A stretch of 64,000 nt of DNA from Gammaproteobacteria bacterium (GCA_027365225.1 DAHXNV010000010.1:11487-75486), one strand, 5' to 3'. Counted from the stretch's first letter, positions 35,785 to 47,615 are shown. Made by a program: numbers and translations. The notes: generated by a model from the letters alone, not told the origin.

Positions 35785-36501
35785 ATGGCGATACGCGAGC
35801 AGTTGCTCGAATACCGCGAGGGGCAGACCCTCCTCGAGGGATTCTTCTGTCACGACGACTCCCGCCCGGGACCGCAGCCCGCGGTGCTGATCAGCCACGC
35901 CTGGGGCGGGCGGGATCAGTTCGTCGAGCGCAAGGCCCGCCGGCTCGCCTGGCACGGCTATGCCGCATTCGCGCTCGACATGTTCGGCAAGGGCAAACGC
36001 GGCACCACCAACGAGGAGTGCGCGGCCCTCATCACCCCCTTCATGCAGGATCGCGCCCTGCTCGCTCGCCGTATCGGCGCGGCGCTCCAGACACTGAAGG
36101 GACTGCCGCAGATCGACTCGCGGCGCATCGCCGCCATGGGCTTTTGCTTCGGCGGACTTTGCGTGCTCGACCTCGCCCGAGGCGGCGCCGATGTGCGCGG
36201 CGTCGCCGCATTTCACGGCCTGCTCAAGCCAAGCGGTCTGCCCGCGCGCAAGATCGGCGCCAAGGTGCTGATCATGCACGGCTACGACGATCCGATGGCC
36301 CCACCGGAGGACGTGCTCGCGATCGCCAAGGAACTCACCGCCGCCGGCGCGGACTGGCAGCTGCACGCCTACGGCAACACCCTGCACGCCTTCACCCATC
36401 CGCAGGCCAATGCCCCCGCGGACGGCATGCAGTACAACGAGGCGGCCGACCGGCGCTCCTGGCACTCGCTGATGCAGTTCCTGGAGGAAGTGCTGCGCTG
36501 A
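35785..36501 (+). CDS. Dienelactone hydrolase family protein
   Basis: 238 aa containing GFCFGG (nucleophile Cys elbow) and HGYDD...H. Confidence 0.8.
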   Translation: MAIREQLLEYREGQTLLEGFFCHDDSRPGPQPAVLISHAWGGRDQFVERKARRLAWHGYAAFALDMFGKGKRGTTNEECAALITPFMQDRALLARRIGAALQTLKGLPQIDSRRIAAMGFCFGGLCVLDLARGGADVRGVAAFHGLLKPSGLPARKIGAKVLIMHGYDDPMAPPEDVLAIAKELTAAGADWQLHAYGNTLHAFTHPQANAPADGMQYNEAADRRSWHSLMQFLEEVLR

Positions 36502-36504
36502 GCG

Positions 36505-36753
36505 CTAGGTGCGCGCGCGCGCGGCGATGTCGATCGTCACCGTCTCGCTCGCCGGATCGTAGAGGATGCGCGCCTCACCCTGGCGCAGCTGCGCCAGGAC
36601 CTGCGCGCTCTTCTGCTCCAGCGTGAACTCCCGCTCGCCGTAATCGGTGCCCTCGCGCAGCACGAACGCCTCGATCAGGCCCTGCAGGGCCTCGCTCGAG
36701 AGCGCCACGTAGGCAATTTCCACCGGCTCGAGGGATTCGCCCGGCTCGCTCAT
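36505..36753 (-). CDS. YheU/UPF0270 family protein
   Basis: 82 aa containing LSSEALQGLIEAFVLREGTDYGE. Confidence 0.7.
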   Translation of the reverse strand: MSEPGESLEPVEIAYVALSSEALQGLIEAFVLREGTDYGEREFTLEQKSAQVLAQLRQGEARILYDPASETVTIDIAARART

Positions 36754-36860
36754 CGATCAGATGCGCCGGGCGCCGCGGACCCGGTCGGATCCGCGGCGGC
36801 TCGCGTTCAGAAGACACAGGACATGCCGCAGCCCGCCGGCCGGCGCGCCGCGGCCGGCGA

Positions 36861-37631
36861 TCATTCGCGCAGCTGCCCCAACAGGGTCAGCACCTGAATG
36901 TACATCCACACCAGCGTGATGATGATGCCGAATGCGCCGTACCATTCCATGTAACGCGGTGCACCCGCCGCCACGCCCCGCTCGATCATGTCGAAATTGA
37001 GCAGCAGCATGAACGCGGCCACGCCCACCACCAGCACCGAGAAGCCGATGGCGAGCGGTCCGCTGCCGATCCCCATCGCCCCGCCGTTGATGAACGGCAC
37101 GGCATAGTGGAAGAACGACAGAATCCACGCACCCGCGTACATCAGCACGATCCCGATCGTTGCGCCCATGACCACCGAGCGCAACCGGTCGGTGACCCGG
37201 ATCACGTGCGTGCGGTACAGCACGAGCATGACGAACGCGACCGCGAACGTCGCGCCGACCGCCTCGATGGCGATGCCCGGATAGCGCTGCTCGAACACCG
37301 CCGAGATGCTGCCCAGCACCACCCCCTCGACCGCCGCGTAGGGCACCGACAGATACGGTGCGGTGGTCGGCTTGAAGCTGATGATCAGCGCCAGCACCAG
37401 CCCCACGATCAGGCCGATCTCCATCAAGCCGCCCGCCGCCTGGAAATTTCCGGCCGCGGCCATCGACCAGGGCCACAGCGCGGTGACCAGCATGACCACG
37501 AGCAGCAGGAACGATTTGTTGACCGTCCCATGAACGCTCATGGGCTGTTCGCCGAATCCGACGCGCGGGACGCGGCCGAACGTGTTCTCGTTCATGAACG
37601 GATTACGTGATCGCCGATTCTGAAACGCCAT
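36861..37631 (-). CDS. Bax-inhibitor-1/YccA-like membrane protein
   Basis: 256 aa with the N-terminus RRSRNPFMNENTF and seven hydrophobic segments. Confidence 0.7.
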   Translation of the reverse strand: MAFQNRRSRNPFMNENTFGRVPRVGFGEQPMSVHGTVNKSFLLLVVMLVTALWPWSMAAAGNFQAAGGLMEIGLIVGLVLALIISFKPTTAPYLSVPYAAVEGVVLGSISAVFEQRYPGIAIEAVGATFAVAFVMLVLYRTHVIRVTDRLRSVVMGATIGIVLMYAGAWILSFFHYAVPFINGGAMGIGSGPLAIGFSVLVVGVAAFMLLLNFDMIERGVAAGAPRYMEWYGAFGIIITLVWMYIQVLTLLGQLRE

Positions 37632-37716
37632 CTCAATGCTCCTAAACGGAATACGCGCATTCTACGCTATGGGGGTTCCCTGACGAAAAATCCACCCCTT
37701 TTGGGGGATGCACAGC

Positions 37717-39180
37717 CTAGCTACCGGCCCGGTTTGGATCGCGCCAGCCGCGCTCGAAGGGCAGCCGCCAGGCATGCGGGGCGATCAACTGGTGCATGGA
37801 ATTAGGCCCCCAGGAGCCCGGCGCGTACAGGCGCACCGGCGGGGGGGCCTCGAGCAGCGGGCTCGACACTTCCCACAGTCGCTCGATGCCCTCGGCAGTG
37901 GTGAACAGCGTCCGATCGCCGCGCATGGCGTCGAGAATCAACCGCTCGTACGCCTCGAGCACCTCGCCCACCAGTCCCGTGTCGTGCATGGCGAATTGCA
38001 GACTGAGCTTGTCGAGGCGCATGCCCGGACCGGGTCGCTTCCCATAGAAGGACAGCGACATCTTCGAGACATCCGCCAGATCGAAGGTGAGATGATCCGG
38101 ACCCTGCGCCCCGACGCCCGAGTCCGGCGGGAACATGCTCTTCGGCGGCTCGCGGAAGGCGATCGAGATGATGCGCTTGCCTTCGGCCAGGCGCTTGCCG
38201 GTCCGCAGGTAGAACGGCACCCCCGCCCAGCGCCAGTTGTCGATGGTGACCTTCAGCGCGATGAAGGTCTCCGTGTCGGACTCCGGACTGATGCCCTCCT
38301 CCCTGCGATAACCGTTGTACTGGCCGCGCACCACGTCGTGCGGCTTGATCGGCAGCATGCTCCTGAAGACCTTGTTCTTCTCTTCGCCGATGGCATTGGG
38401 CTCGAGCGCGGTCGGGGGCTCCATGGCGACGAAGGCGAGGATCTGAAACAGGTGGGTCACCACCATGTCGCGGAACGCTCCGATCGCGTCATAGAACTGC
38501 GTGCGCCTCTCCAGGCCGAGCGTTTCCGGCACATCGATCTGCACGTGCTCGATGAAATTGCGGTTCCAGATCGGCTCGAACAGGCCGTTGGCGAAACGAA
38601 AGGCGAGAATGTTCTGCGCCGGCTCCTTGCCGAGGAAGTGATCGATGCGGAAGATCTGCCGCTCGTCGAACACCTCGTGCAGCTTCGCGTTCAGCGACAC
38701 CGCGCTGTGCAAGTCGGTGCCGAACGGCTTCTCCATGATGATGCGCGAGCGCTCCACCAGCCCCGCCTCCCCGAGCAGGCGCACGATCGACAGCGCGGCG
38801 CTTGGCGGCACGCTCAAATAGTGCAACCGCTGCGGCTCGCCCTCCAGGGTGCCTTCGGCGCGCTCGACGGCGGCCCTGAGGGCCGGTGCGCCCCGAGAGA
38901 GTGCCACGTAGTCGATCCCCTGGGCAAAGGCCGCCCACTCCTCAGGCGCCACCTTGCCGCTCGAGGATTCCTCGATGGCCGCGCGGGCGATTTGGCGAAA
39001 ACCCTCGACATCGAGATCATCGAGCGACACCCCGATGATGCGGCAGCCGGGAATATAGCCGGCGGCCACCAGATGAAAGAGCCCCGGCAGGAGCTTGCGC
39101 CGGGCCAGATCCCCGGTCGCACCCACCAGAACCACGACTTGCGGATGTCGCGGGCCGACTCCGAGCGGTACTTTGGTCAT
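37717..39180 (-). CDS. zwf: Glucose-6-phosphate dehydrogenase
   Basis: [27 protein letters not shown] and EKPFG motifs. The start is taken at MTKVPLG; the ORF extends to 39246. Confidence 0.9.
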   Translation of the reverse strand: MTKVPLGVGPRHPQVVVLVGATGDLARRKLLPGLFHLVAAGYIPGCRIIGVSLDDLDVEGFRQIARAAIEESSSGKVAPEEWAAFAQGIDYVALSRGAPALRAAVERAEGTLEGEPQRLHYLSVPPSAALSIVRLLGEAGLVERSRIIMEKPFGTDLHSAVSLNAKLHEVFDERQIFRIDHFLGKEPAQNILAFRFANGLFEPIWNRNFIEHVQIDVPETLGLERRTQFYDAIGAFRDMVVTHLFQILAFVAMEPPTALEPNAIGEEKNKVFRSMLPIKPHDVVRGQYNGYRREEGISPESDTETFIALKVTIDNWRWAGVPFYLRTGKRLAEGKRIISIAFREPPKSMFPPDSGVGAQGPDHLTFDLADVSKMSLSFYGKRPGPGMRLDKLSLQFAMHDTGLVGEVLEAYERLILDAMRGDRTLFTTAEGIERLWEVSSPLLEAPPPVRLYAPGSWGPNSMHQLIAPHAWRLPFERGWRDPNRAGS

Positions 39181-39283
39181 CCTGTAGCCTTGCATCGAAT
39201 GACGAACAGAGCGCGAAGAATAGCGAGCGTGCGGCGGCGAATCCATCGAGCGCCTCGCAGGCGCCGCTCATGGGGCCTGCAGA

Positions 39284-39805
39284 CTATGCCTTGACGCGCA
39301 GGCGGCCGAGGAAGTCGCGCTTGCCGATCGCCACGCCCTTGGCCCGCAGAATGTCGTAGGCGGTGGCGGCATGAAAGTAGAAATTCGGCTGGGAGAACGA
39401 CAGCAGGAAATCCCCGCCCGTGAATGCCAGGCGCCGCTCGCCCGCCACGAACAGCATCTGGCGATCGCCATAGTCCTCGAGCTCGACCGGCGCGAGCGCC
39501 GCGAGCGCCGTCTCGGCCCCGCGCACCAGCGTCTCAAGCTCCGCGAGGCTCTCCGGGGGCGCGGAGCGATCGGGCGAGAACGTGCCGCGACGCAGGCCCT
39601 CGATGGCCCCGATCGAATGTGTCACCGTGGAGCGCACCTGATAGGCGAACGGCAGCATGTCCGGCGCCAGGCGCGCCGCAATGATCTCGGCCGGCGCCAC
39701 GCCGCGCTCGGCGCAGAAGGCCTCGGCCTTGCCGAGCAGGCCGGCGACCGACCCCAGAATCTGCCGGTAGGACGGCACGGTGGCCGCGTACAGGGAAAGA
39801 GCCAT
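39284..39805 (-). CDS. DUF1993 domain protein
   Basis: MALSLYAATVPSYRQILGSVAGLL...FYFHAATAYDILRAKGVAIGKRDFLG is typical of DUF1993. Confidence 0.7.
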   Translation of the reverse strand: MALSLYAATVPSYRQILGSVAGLLGKAEAFCAERGVAPAEIIAARLAPDMLPFAYQVRSTVTHSIGAIEGLRRGTFSPDRSAPPESLAELETLVRGAETALAALAPVELEDYGDRQMLFVAGERRLAFTGGDFLLSFSQPNFYFHAATAYDILRAKGVAIGKRDFLGRLRVKA

Positions 39806-39887
39806 GATTGACCTCGCAGGGGAACCCGGGCCGCCATGTTACCCAACAGCGGCGGCGCGCGCAGCCGCCGGCGGACGCGTATAATGA

Positions 39888-41081
39888 GTGCGCATGATGC
39901 CGCAATTGATCGAGCGCCTGCGCTCGGAGCTCTCGGGGCTGCGCGAGCAGGGCCTGTACAAGCGCGAGCGCATCCTCGCCGGCCCGCAGGGCGGCCAGGT
40001 CGCAACCGGCGGGCGCGAGGTGATCAACCTCTGCGCCAACAACTACCTCGGCCTCGCCAACGACCCCGACGTGCGCGCCGCGGCCCATGCGGCCCTCGAG
40101 CAGTACGGCTTCGGCATGGCCTCGGTGCGCTTCATCTGCGGCACCCAGACGGTGCACAAGACGCTCGAGCAGCGCTTGAGCGGCTGGCTCGGCACCGAGG
40201 AGGCGATCCTCTACTCCTCGTGCTTCGATGCCAATGGCGGGCTGTTCGAGGCGCTGCTCGATGAGCGCGACGCGATCATCTCCGATGCGCTCAATCACGC
40301 CAGCATCATCGACGGGGTCCGCCTGTGCAAGGCACAGCGCCTGCGCTACGCGAACAACGACATGGGCGAGCTCGAATCCTGCCTGCGGCAGGCCGCCCCG
40401 GCGCGCACCCGCCTGATCGCCACCGACGGGGTGTTCTCCATGGACGGCACGATCGCGAACCTGCGGGACATCTGCGCGCTCGCCGAGCGCTACGACGCGC
40501 TGGTGATGGTCGATGACTCGCACGCCACCGGCTTCATGGGCGCGCACGGCCGCGGCACGCCCGAGCATTGCGGTGTCGGGCCGCGCGTCGACATCCTGAC
40601 CGGCACCCTCGGCAAGGCGCTCGGCGGGGCGAGCGGCGGGTACGTCGCCTCGCGCCGCGAGGTCATCGAGTGGCTGCGCCAGCGCTCGCGCCCCTATCTG
40701 TTCTCGAACAGCGTGCCGCCGGTGGTGGCCGCGGCCGCCGTGCGCGTGCTCGAGCTGCTCGAGCAGCGCCCGGGGCTGCGCGCGCAGTTGCACGAGAACG
40801 CCCAGTATTTCCGCGCCGGTCTCGCGCGGCTCGGCTTCACCCTCAAGCCCGGCGAGCACCCGATCATCCCGGTGATGATCGGCGATGCGAGCCTCGCGAG
40901 CCGGATGGCCGACCGGCTGCTCGAGCGCGGCGTGTACGTGATCGGCTTTTCCTATCCGGTGGTGCCGCGGGGCGAGGCACGCATCCGCACACAGATGTCC
41001 GCGGCGCTGACCCGCGCCGAACTCGATACCGCGCTCGCGGCCTTCGCGGCCGTTGGACGTGAACTGGGAGTCATCGCGTGA
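39888..41081 (+). CDS. kbl: Glycine C-acetyltransferase (2-amino-3-ketobutyrate CoA ligase)
   Basis: 397 aa containing [18 protein letters not shown] and TLGKALGG (PLP lysine). It is followed by tdh. Confidence 0.9.
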   Translation: MRMMPQLIERLRSELSGLREQGLYKRERILAGPQGGQVATGGREVINLCANNYLGLANDPDVRAAAHAALEQYGFGMASVRFICGTQTVHKTLEQRLSGWLGTEEAILYSSCFDANGGLFEALLDERDAIISDALNHASIIDGVRLCKAQRLRYANNDMGELESCLRQAAPARTRLIATDGVFSMDGTIANLRDICALAERYDALVMVDDSHATGFMGAHGRGTPEHCGVGPRVDILTGTLGKALGGASGGYVASRREVIEWLRQRSRPYLFSNSVPPVVAAAAVRVLELLEQRPGLRAQLHENAQYFRAGLARLGFTLKPGEHPIIPVMIGDASLASRMADRLLERGVYVIGFSYPVVPRGEARIRTQMSAALTRAELDTALAAFAAVGRELGVIA

Positions 41082-42109
41082 AAGCCCTCGTCAAGAAGGA
41101 AGCGGCGCCCGGCATCTGGCTCGAGGAGTTGCCGCAGCCGCAGATCGGTCCGAACGACGTGCTGATCAAGATCGCCAAGACCGCGATCTGCGGCACCGAC
41201 ATGCACATTTTCAACTGGGACGAGTGGGCGCGCAAAACCATCCCCGTGCCCATGGCGGTCGGCCACGAGTACTGCGGCCGGGTCGTCGAGATCGGCTCGG
41301 AGGTGCGCGGGTTGCGGGTGGGTGATCGGGTGTCGGGTGAGGGTCACATCACCTGCGGCCATTGCCGCAACTGCCGCGCCGGCCGGCGCCACCTGTGCCG
41401 CAACGCCATCGGGGTCGGCGTGAACCGTCCGGGCGCATTCGCCGAGTATCTTGCCATCCCGGCCGACAACGCGTTCAAGCTGCCCGATTCCATCAGCGAT
41501 GACATCGCCGCGATTCTCGATCCGTTCGGCAACGCCACGCACACCGCACTCGCGTTCAATATGGTCGGCGAGGATGTGTTGATCACCGGCGCCGGCCCCA
41601 TTGGCATCATGGCGGTCGCCATCGCCCGCTTCATCGGGGCCCGCCACGTCGTCATCACCGACGTGAACGACTTCCGGCTGGAGCTGGCGAAACAAATGGG
41701 CGCGACGCGGGCGGTGAACGTTCAGCGCGAGACGATCGAGCAGACCATGAGCGCACTCGGCATGCAGGAGGGGTTCGACGTCGGGCTGGAGATGTCGGGC
41801 CACATGACGGCCTTGCGCGATCTGCTGCGCACCATGCACCACGGCGGCTCGGTCGCCGTGCTCGGCATCCCGCCGCAGGAGGCCGCCATCGACTGGACCC
41901 AGGTGATCTTCAAGGGACTCACCTTGAAGGGCATCTATGGCCGGGAGATGTTCGAGACTTGGTACAAGATGGCGAGCCTGCTGCAAAGCGGCCTGACGCT
42001 GCAGCCGCTCATCACCCATCACCTGCCCATCCAGGACTACCGCGAAGCCTTCGCCATCATGGGCTCCGGGCGCGCCGGCAAGGTCATCCTCGACTGGCAG
42101 GGCCTGTGA
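41078..42109 (+). CDS. tdh: L-threonine 3-dehydrogenase
   Basis: [17 protein letters not shown]..., ICGTDMHI and GHEYCG zinc-ADH motifs. Confidence 0.9.
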   Translation: MKALVKKEAAPGIWLEELPQPQIGPNDVLIKIAKTAICGTDMHIFNWDEWARKTIPVPMAVGHEYCGRVVEIGSEVRGLRVGDRVSGEGHITCGHCRNCRAGRRHLCRNAIGVGVNRPGAFAEYLAIPADNAFKLPDSISDDIAAILDPFGNATHTALAFNMVGEDVLITGAGPIGIMAVAIARFIGARHVVITDVNDFRLELAKQMGATRAVNVQRETIEQTMSALGMQEGFDVGLEMSGHMTALRDLLRTMHHGGSVAVLGIPPQEAAIDWTQVIFKGLTLKGIYGREMFETWYKMASLLQSGLTLQPLITHHLPIQDYREAFAIMGSGRAGKVILDWQGL

Positions 42110-42116
42110 GCCGCGC

Positions 42117-43967
42117 TCAGCGCTCGAGGCTGCGGCAGAAGCAGTAGGCGTACATCTGCCCGCGCGTCCCGAAGCGCGCCATCGTCTCCAGCGCGTGCGC
42201 GTAGGGGCGAAGCGGCGCGGCAAACGCCATCAGACCCGGCATGTGCAGGCGCGGCCCGAACAGATCGACCGCCGCCAATGCCGCGCGGCTCTGCGCGCGC
42301 TGCAGCAGCTGCTGCGTCCATGACAGGCGTTGACGGATGAACGCCACCCGGTAGCGCTTGATCTTGGCCAGACGCGCCGCGGCGCGCACCGCATCCTCGA
42401 GCGTGCCCAAGTGATCGACCAGGCCGATGCGCCGCGCGGCCGCGCCGGACCAGACACGGCCCTGCCCGATCGCGTTCACCTGCGCATCCGTCATGTGACG
42501 CCCCGCGGCCACGCGCGCCACGAACTGCGCGTAACCGCGATCGATCTGCGAGCGAATCAGCACGCGCGCCTGCGGACCGAGCGGCTGCCCGATGGCGAGC
42601 GCGCCGGCCAGCGGCGTCGTACCCACCCCGTCGCTGTGCACACCGATCTTGGCGAGGGCCTTGCGGAACGTCGGGATGATCGCGAAGATGCCGATCGAGC
42701 CGGTAATGGTCGCGGGGCTGGCCCAGATCTGGTTGGCCGGCGCCGCGATGTAATAACCGCCGGAGGCGGCCAGATCGCCCATCGAGACCACCAGCGGCTT
42801 GCCGGCGCGGCGCAGCGCGACCAGCTGGTGATAGATCTGCTCGGCGGCGGTGACGCTGCCGCCGGGACTGTCGATGCGCAGCACCACCGCCTTGATGTGC
42901 TTGTCGCGGCGTGCCGCGCTGATCAACTGCGAGAGCGAGGCCCCGCCGATGCGCCCGGGCGGCTGCTCGCCGTTGAGAATGGTGCCCGAGGCGACGATCA
43001 CTCCGATGCAGGGCTTGCCCGCGCCCTCGACTCCCCGCCGGGCGCGTACGACCTGCGCATAGGCCTGAGCGGAGATGGCGTTGAATGAGCCGTGTTTGCC
43101 CGCTCCGACCAGCGCGGCCACGCGGCGCTCGAACTGTACCGGGTTGGCCAGAGCGGTCACCAGATGATCCTGCAACGCCACCTCGGCCGCATCGCCGTGC
43201 GCGGCGGGCACCGTCTTGGTCAGCGAAGCGACATAGCGCGCGATCGCGTCCTTCGGCAGGGCGCGCGCCGCGCTCACCTGGCGCTGGTACGTCGACCACA
43301 TCGAGTCCAGATACGCCACGGCCTGCCTGTGATCGGCCTTGGACATGCCCTCGCGCGTGAAGATCTCCACGGCGCTCTTGTACTTGCCGATGCGGAACAC
43401 GTGCACGTGCACCCCGAGCTTCTTCAGCAGCCCCGCGAAGTACAGCTGGTACTGCCCGAAGCCGCGAATCAGCACGTAGCCGTTCGGCGCGAGGTAGATC
43501 TGGCTGGCGTGGGCGGCGAGGAAGTACTGATCCTGATCGTACGTGTCGCCGTAGGCGAGCACCGGCTTGCCGCTGGCGCGGAACACGTCGATGGCGCGCG
43601 CGAGCTCCTCGAGCTCCGGCAGACCGGCGCTGTCCATGTCATCGAGATCGAGCACCAGCACGCGGATGCGATTGTCGTGCGCCGCGCCGCGGATCGCCGC
43701 CACGAGCCGCCACAGCGAGGTCTGATCCACCGCGCCGGACTGGGCTGTCTCGATGGCGCGCTCGAGCGGACTGCCCGCGAGCTGCTCGACCAGCTGTCCC
43801 TGCGGGGCGACCACCAGCGCCGCCCGCTGCGGCACGGCCGGCAGCGACTTGTGCAGCACCCCGATGATCAGGATGGCCAACGCCAGCAGCAACACCAGTT
43901 GCAGAACCTTGCGCAGCCCGTCCAGAGCGCGCCAGAGGCCGAGGAGGATCTTGCGCACGCTCGCCAT
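42117..43967 (-). CDS. sppA: Signal peptide peptidase SppA (67K type)
   Basis: 616 aa with two S49 domains and GDLAASGGYYIAAPA (catalytic Ser region). Confidence 0.85.
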   Translation of the reverse strand: MASVRKILLGLWRALDGLRKVLQLVLLLALAILIIGVLHKSLPAVPQRAALVVAPQGQLVEQLAGSPLERAIETAQSGAVDQTSLWRLVAAIRGAAHDNRIRVLVLDLDDMDSAGLPELEELARAIDVFRASGKPVLAYGDTYDQDQYFLAAHASQIYLAPNGYVLIRGFGQYQLYFAGLLKKLGVHVHVFRIGKYKSAVEIFTREGMSKADHRQAVAYLDSMWSTYQRQVSAARALPKDAIARYVASLTKTVPAAHGDAAEVALQDHLVTALANPVQFERRVAALVGAGKHGSFNAISAQAYAQVVRARRGVEGAGKPCIGVIVASGTILNGEQPPGRIGGASLSQLISAARRDKHIKAVVLRIDSPGGSVTAAEQIYHQLVALRRAGKPLVVSMGDLAASGGYYIAAPANQIWASPATITGSIGIFAIIPTFRKALAKIGVHSDGVGTTPLAGALAIGQPLGPQARVLIRSQIDRGYAQFVARVAAGRHMTDAQVNAIGQGRVWSGAAARRIGLVDHLGTLEDAVRAAARLAKIKRYRVAFIRQRLSWTQQLLQRAQSRAALAAVDLFGPRLHMPGLMAFAAPLRPYAHALETMARFGTRGQMYAYCFCRSLER

Positions 43968-43978
43968 CTTGCGGCCCG

Positions 43979-44323
43979 TCAGATCTTCTCTTCGATTCTC
44001 GCCGCCTTACCCGAGCGCTCGCGCAGATAATAGAGCTTGGCGCGGCGCACGTTGCCGCGGCGCTTGACGGTGATGTCGCTGATCGCCGGGCTGTACGTTT
44101 GGAAGACGCGCTCGACGCCCTCGCCGTGGGAGATCTTGCGCACCGTGAACGAGGAATTCAGGCCGCGGTTGCTGCGGGCGATCACCACGCCCTCGTAGGC
44201 CTGGACACGCTCGCGCTCGCCCTCGACGACCTTCACCTGCACGACCACGGTGTCGCCGGGCTTGAAGTCCGGAACCTTGCGGGTCATGCGCTCTTTTTCG
44301 AGTTGCTGAACGATATGACTCAT
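43979..44323 (-). CDS. rplS: 50S ribosomal protein L19
   Basis: [13 protein letters not shown]...[32 protein letters not shown]. The ORF upstream of this Met is a run-on. Confidence 0.95.
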   Translation of the reverse strand: MSHIVQQLEKERMTRKVPDFKPGDTVVVQVKVVEGERERVQAYEGVVIARSNRGLNSSFTVRKISHGEGVERVFQTYSPAISDITVKRRGNVRRAKLYYLRERSGKAARIEEKI

Positions 44324-45090
44324 TGCTTCATCCATCCTCGATCGTCGCCTCCAGCCGCATCGAGCGATGGAAGCCCATTCAATATCTGTTGCACCTCGCC
44401 CGAGAGCACTCGCCCCCGGATCAGGTCCGGGCGACGGCGCCACGTGCGCGCCACGGACTGTCCCAGCCGCCAGCGCTCGATCTCGGCGTGATTGCCGCAG
44501 CGTAGCACCTTCGGCACCGCCAGGCCCTCGAATATCTCCGGCCGCGTGTAGTGCGGCCAGTCGAGCAGCCCCTGCGAAAACGAATCCAACTCGCTCGAGC
44601 GCTCATCGCCGAGCACCCCGGGCAGCAGCCGCGCCACCGCGTCGATCACCGCCAGCGCCGGCACTTCACCGCCCGAGAGCACGTAATCCCCGATCGACAG
44701 CTCCCGGTCGATCCCGAGCTCGATCACGCGCTCATCCAAACCCTCATAGCGACCCGCCACGAGCAGCAGGCCCGGCAGCCCCGCCAGCGCGCGCGCCACG
44801 GCCTGCGTGAACGGCTCCCCCTGCGCCGAGAGACACACCCGGGGGCTCCCGGGCGGCAGACGCGCGGTGGCGGCCCGGATGGCCGCGAGCATCGGCCCGG
44901 GCTTGAGCACCATCCCGGGTCCGCCCCCATATGGCCGATCGTCGACCGTCCGGTGAGCATCGCGCGTGTGAGCGCGCGGATCCTCCGTCCCCACCGAGAG
45001 CCGCCCGCTCTCGAGCGCACGGCCCACCACGCCGAAGCGCAACGCGCCGCTGATCATCGGCGCAAACAGGGTGACCACTTCGATCTTCAT
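44320..45090 (-). CDS. trmD: tRNA (guanine37-N1)-methyltransferase
   Basis: [12 protein letters not shown]...[12 protein letters not shown]...[10 protein letters not shown]. Confidence 0.95.
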   Translation of the reverse strand: MKIEVVTLFAPMISGALRFGVVGRALESGRLSVGTEDPRAHTRDAHRTVDDRPYGGGPGMVLKPGPMLAAIRAATARLPPGSPRVCLSAQGEPFTQAVARALAGLPGLLLVAGRYEGLDERVIELGIDRELSIGDYVLSGGEVPALAVIDAVARLLPGVLGDERSSELDSFSQGLLDWPHYTRPEIFEGLAVPKVLRCGNHAEIERWRLGQSVARTWRRRPDLIRGRVLSGEVQQILNGLPSLDAAGGDDRGWMKQ

Positions 45091-45123
45091 CGACACGCAC
45101 ACTCGCGGCGCACTCGCCGCCGA

Positions 45124-45660
45124 TCAATCGAACTCGGCGGGCCAATCGACCCGCACCCGCCCGGCATTCAGATCCACCTCGACCAGATGCGTCGGATCCG
45201 CCAGCACCCAGTGCTCGCGCATCGCGCCACCGTGGGCGCCCTCGCCGCAGCGCTCCCGCACCACCATGACGGCCCCCGCCGGCCCGTCAACGAAATAAGC
45301 CACCGTTCCCAACACGCGGCCCTCGGTGTTGCACACCTCGAGCCCGAGCAGATCGGCGCGGTAGAACTGCCGCGCCCCGAGCGCCGGCAGCGCCGCGCGC
45401 TCGACTTCGATCAGCGCCCCCGCCAGCCGTGCGGCGGCGTCGCGATCCTCGACATTCCTCAGCCGCACCACCAGCCGCGCCCCGTGGGTGCGGGCCTCGG
45501 CCACCGTCACCGCCCGGGCCTCGGCCCGGGAGCGCACCTGCCAGAAGCGATACTTCAGCAGCGCCTCGGGCGGGTCGGTGTAGGACGACACGTGAACCCA
45601 TCCCGCCAAGCCAAACGGCGCCCCGATACGTCCAAGCTCGACCCAGCCGCCTCGGCTCAC
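45124..45660 (-). CDS. rimM: 16S rRNA processing protein RimM
   Basis: 178 aa containing LGRIGAPFGLAGWV. It sits between rpsP and trmD. Confidence 0.9.
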   Translation of the reverse strand: MSRGGWVELGRIGAPFGLAGWVHVSSYTDPPEALLKYRFWQVRSRAEARAVTVAEARTHGARLVVRLRNVEDRDAAARLAGALIEVERAALPALGARQFYRADLLGLEVCNTEGRVLGTVAYFVDGPAGAVMVVRERCGEGAHGGAMREHWVLADPTHLVEVDLNAGRVRVDWPAEFD

Positions 45661-45685
45661 GGCAAGCCCCGCGGCCGCCGGGCGG

Positions 45686-45940
45686 TCAGGCGCTCGCCTG
45701 CTTCCGGTACGAAGCGATCAGCGATCGGACGCGCTCACTCGGCTGGGCGCCGTGGCCCACCCAGTAATCGATACGGGTCAGGTCCAGCCTGAGCGGGGTC
45801 TCGCCTCGGCCGGCGATCGGGTTGAAGAACCCGACGTTCTCCAGGCTGGAGCCCCCCTGGCGCTTGCGGCTGTCCGTCACCACCACGTGATAAAAGGGCT
45901 GATTCCGCGCCCCGCGCCGGGTCAGGCGAATGGTTACCAT
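45686..45940 (-). CDS. rpsP: 30S ribosomal protein S16
   Basis: MVTIRLTRRGARNQPFYHVVVTDSRKRQGG. Confidence 0.95.
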   Translation of the reverse strand: MVTIRLTRRGARNQPFYHVVVTDSRKRQGGSSLENVGFFNPIAGRGETPLRLDLTRIDYWVGHGAQPSERVRSLIASYRKQASA

Positions 45941-46087
45941 GGTCTTGTCGCTCTCAAGTGTCCGATCCGGACGGGCCCGCGGCTCCGCCCCAAAAAAAGA
46001 GGGCGGATTCTACGGGCTTATGGCCGGCTCCGGAAGGGGCTCGCCGCACTTTAATCCGGCCATGCGCTCCCGGAACGGCCGGGCGCC

Positions 46088-47428
46088 CTAGGGCATCCGG
46101 CCCTGCAGCGCCCCGAGGAGCTGGCGCATGCGCCCCCCGCGCATCTGCTTCATCATTTTCTGCATCTGCAGGAACTGCTTCATCAGCCGGTTCACGTCCT
46201 GAACCTGCACGCCCGCGCCGCGCGCGATGCGCCTGCGGCGCGAGCCGTCGATGAGGGCGGGCGAGACCCGCTCACGCGGCGTCATGGAATTGATGATCGC
46301 AATCTGGCGACGCACGTCCTGGTCGGCCTGCTCGGGTCTGACCGCGCCCTTCTGCACCGCGGTGGGAAGCTTGTCCATCAGCGAGGCCATTCCACCCAGC
46401 TTCTGCAGCTGCTCGAGCTGGGCCTTCAGATCCCCCAGATGAAATCCCTTGCCCCGAGCGACCTTGCGCGCCAGACGCTCGGCGGACTCGCGATCGACCT
46501 GACGGTTCACCTGCTCGACCAGGCTGACCACGTCCCCCATGCCCAGAATGCGCGAGGCCATGCGCTCGGGATCGAACGGGGCCAGCGCCTCGGTTTTCTC
46601 GCCGACGCCCACGAATACGATGGGCTGGCCGGTGACCTGGCGCACCGACAGCGCGGCGCCGCCGCGCGCATCGCCGTCAGCCTTGGTCAATATGATGCCG
46701 GTCAACTCGAGCGCCGCCGCGAAGGCTCGCGCCGCATTGACCGCGTCCTGGCCCGCCATGGCGTCCACCACGAACAAGCGTTCGGCCGGATGGACGGCCT
46801 GATCGATCTGGCGCACCTCCTCCATGAGCGCCTCATCGACGTGCAGCCGTCCGGCGGTGTCGACGATGAGTACGTCGAACACCCCCCGCCGGGCCTGCTC
46901 GAGCGCCCAGCGCGCGATCTCGGCCGGTGGCAGAGCCGCGTCAGCGGGCAGGTAATGCGCCTGAACCTGCTCGGCCAGCCGCTCGAGCTGCAGCATGGCG
47001 GCAGGCCGGCGTACGTCGGTGCTCACCAGCGCCACCCGCTTGCCCTGGGACTCGATGAGCCAGCGGGCGAGCTTGGCGCTGGTGGTGGTCTTGCCCGCCC
47101 CCTGCAGGCCGGCCAGCAGCACGACCACCGGCGGCTGGGCACGCAGCTGCAAGCCCCCGCCCTGGGTGCCCATGAGTGCCACCAGCTCGCGGTGCAGGAT
47201 GCCGATGAAAGCCTGTCCCGGCGTGAGGCTCCCGGCCACTTCGACCCCGAGCGCGCGGGCCTTGACCGCATCGATGAAGGTCCTGACCACCGGCAGCGCC
47301 ACATCCGCCTCGAGCAGCGCCATGCGCACCTCGCGCAGCGCCTCGGCGACGTTCTGCTCGGTGATCCGTCCGCGGCCGCGCAGGGCCTCGACGGTGCGGG
47401 ACAGGCGTGATGTGAGGGTATCGAACAT
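46088..47428 (-). CDS. ffh: Signal recognition particle protein Ffh
   Basis: MFDTLTSRLSRTVEALRG..., GLQGAGKTTT, and a Met-rich M domain. The ORF N-terminal of this Met is a run-on. Confidence 0.95.
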   Translation of the reverse strand: MFDTLTSRLSRTVEALRGRGRITEQNVAEALREVRMALLEADVALPVVRTFIDAVKARALGVEVAGSLTPGQAFIGILHRELVALMGTQGGGLQLRAQPPVVVLLAGLQGAGKTTTSAKLARWLIESQGKRVALVSTDVRRPAAMLQLERLAEQVQAHYLPADAALPPAEIARWALEQARRGVFDVLIVDTAGRLHVDEALMEEVRQIDQAVHPAERLFVVDAMAGQDAVNAARAFAAALELTGIILTKADGDARGGAALSVRQVTGQPIVFVGVGEKTEALAPFDPERMASRILGMGDVVSLVEQVNRQVDRESAERLARKVARGKGFHLGDLKAQLEQLQKLGGMASLMDKLPTAVQKGAVRPEQADQDVRRQIAIINSMTPRERVSPALIDGSRRRRIARGAGVQVQDVNRLMKQFLQMQKMMKQMRGGRMRQLLGALQGRMP

Positions 47429-47615
47429 GTGACGAATCGGCTCCGGGCGGCCATTATAGGGCGGGAGCCTGCCGGGCATTCGACCGCCGTGACGAGCCTG
47501 GCCCACCGCGAGCGGATCGCAGCGATGGGGTTGCGCCGCGGCGCCGGCGCTCGTGTGAAGATGCTGGTGGGCGCGAGGCATCCCGCCCCGGACAGGCCCC
47601 AAGGAGGGCTTTCGC

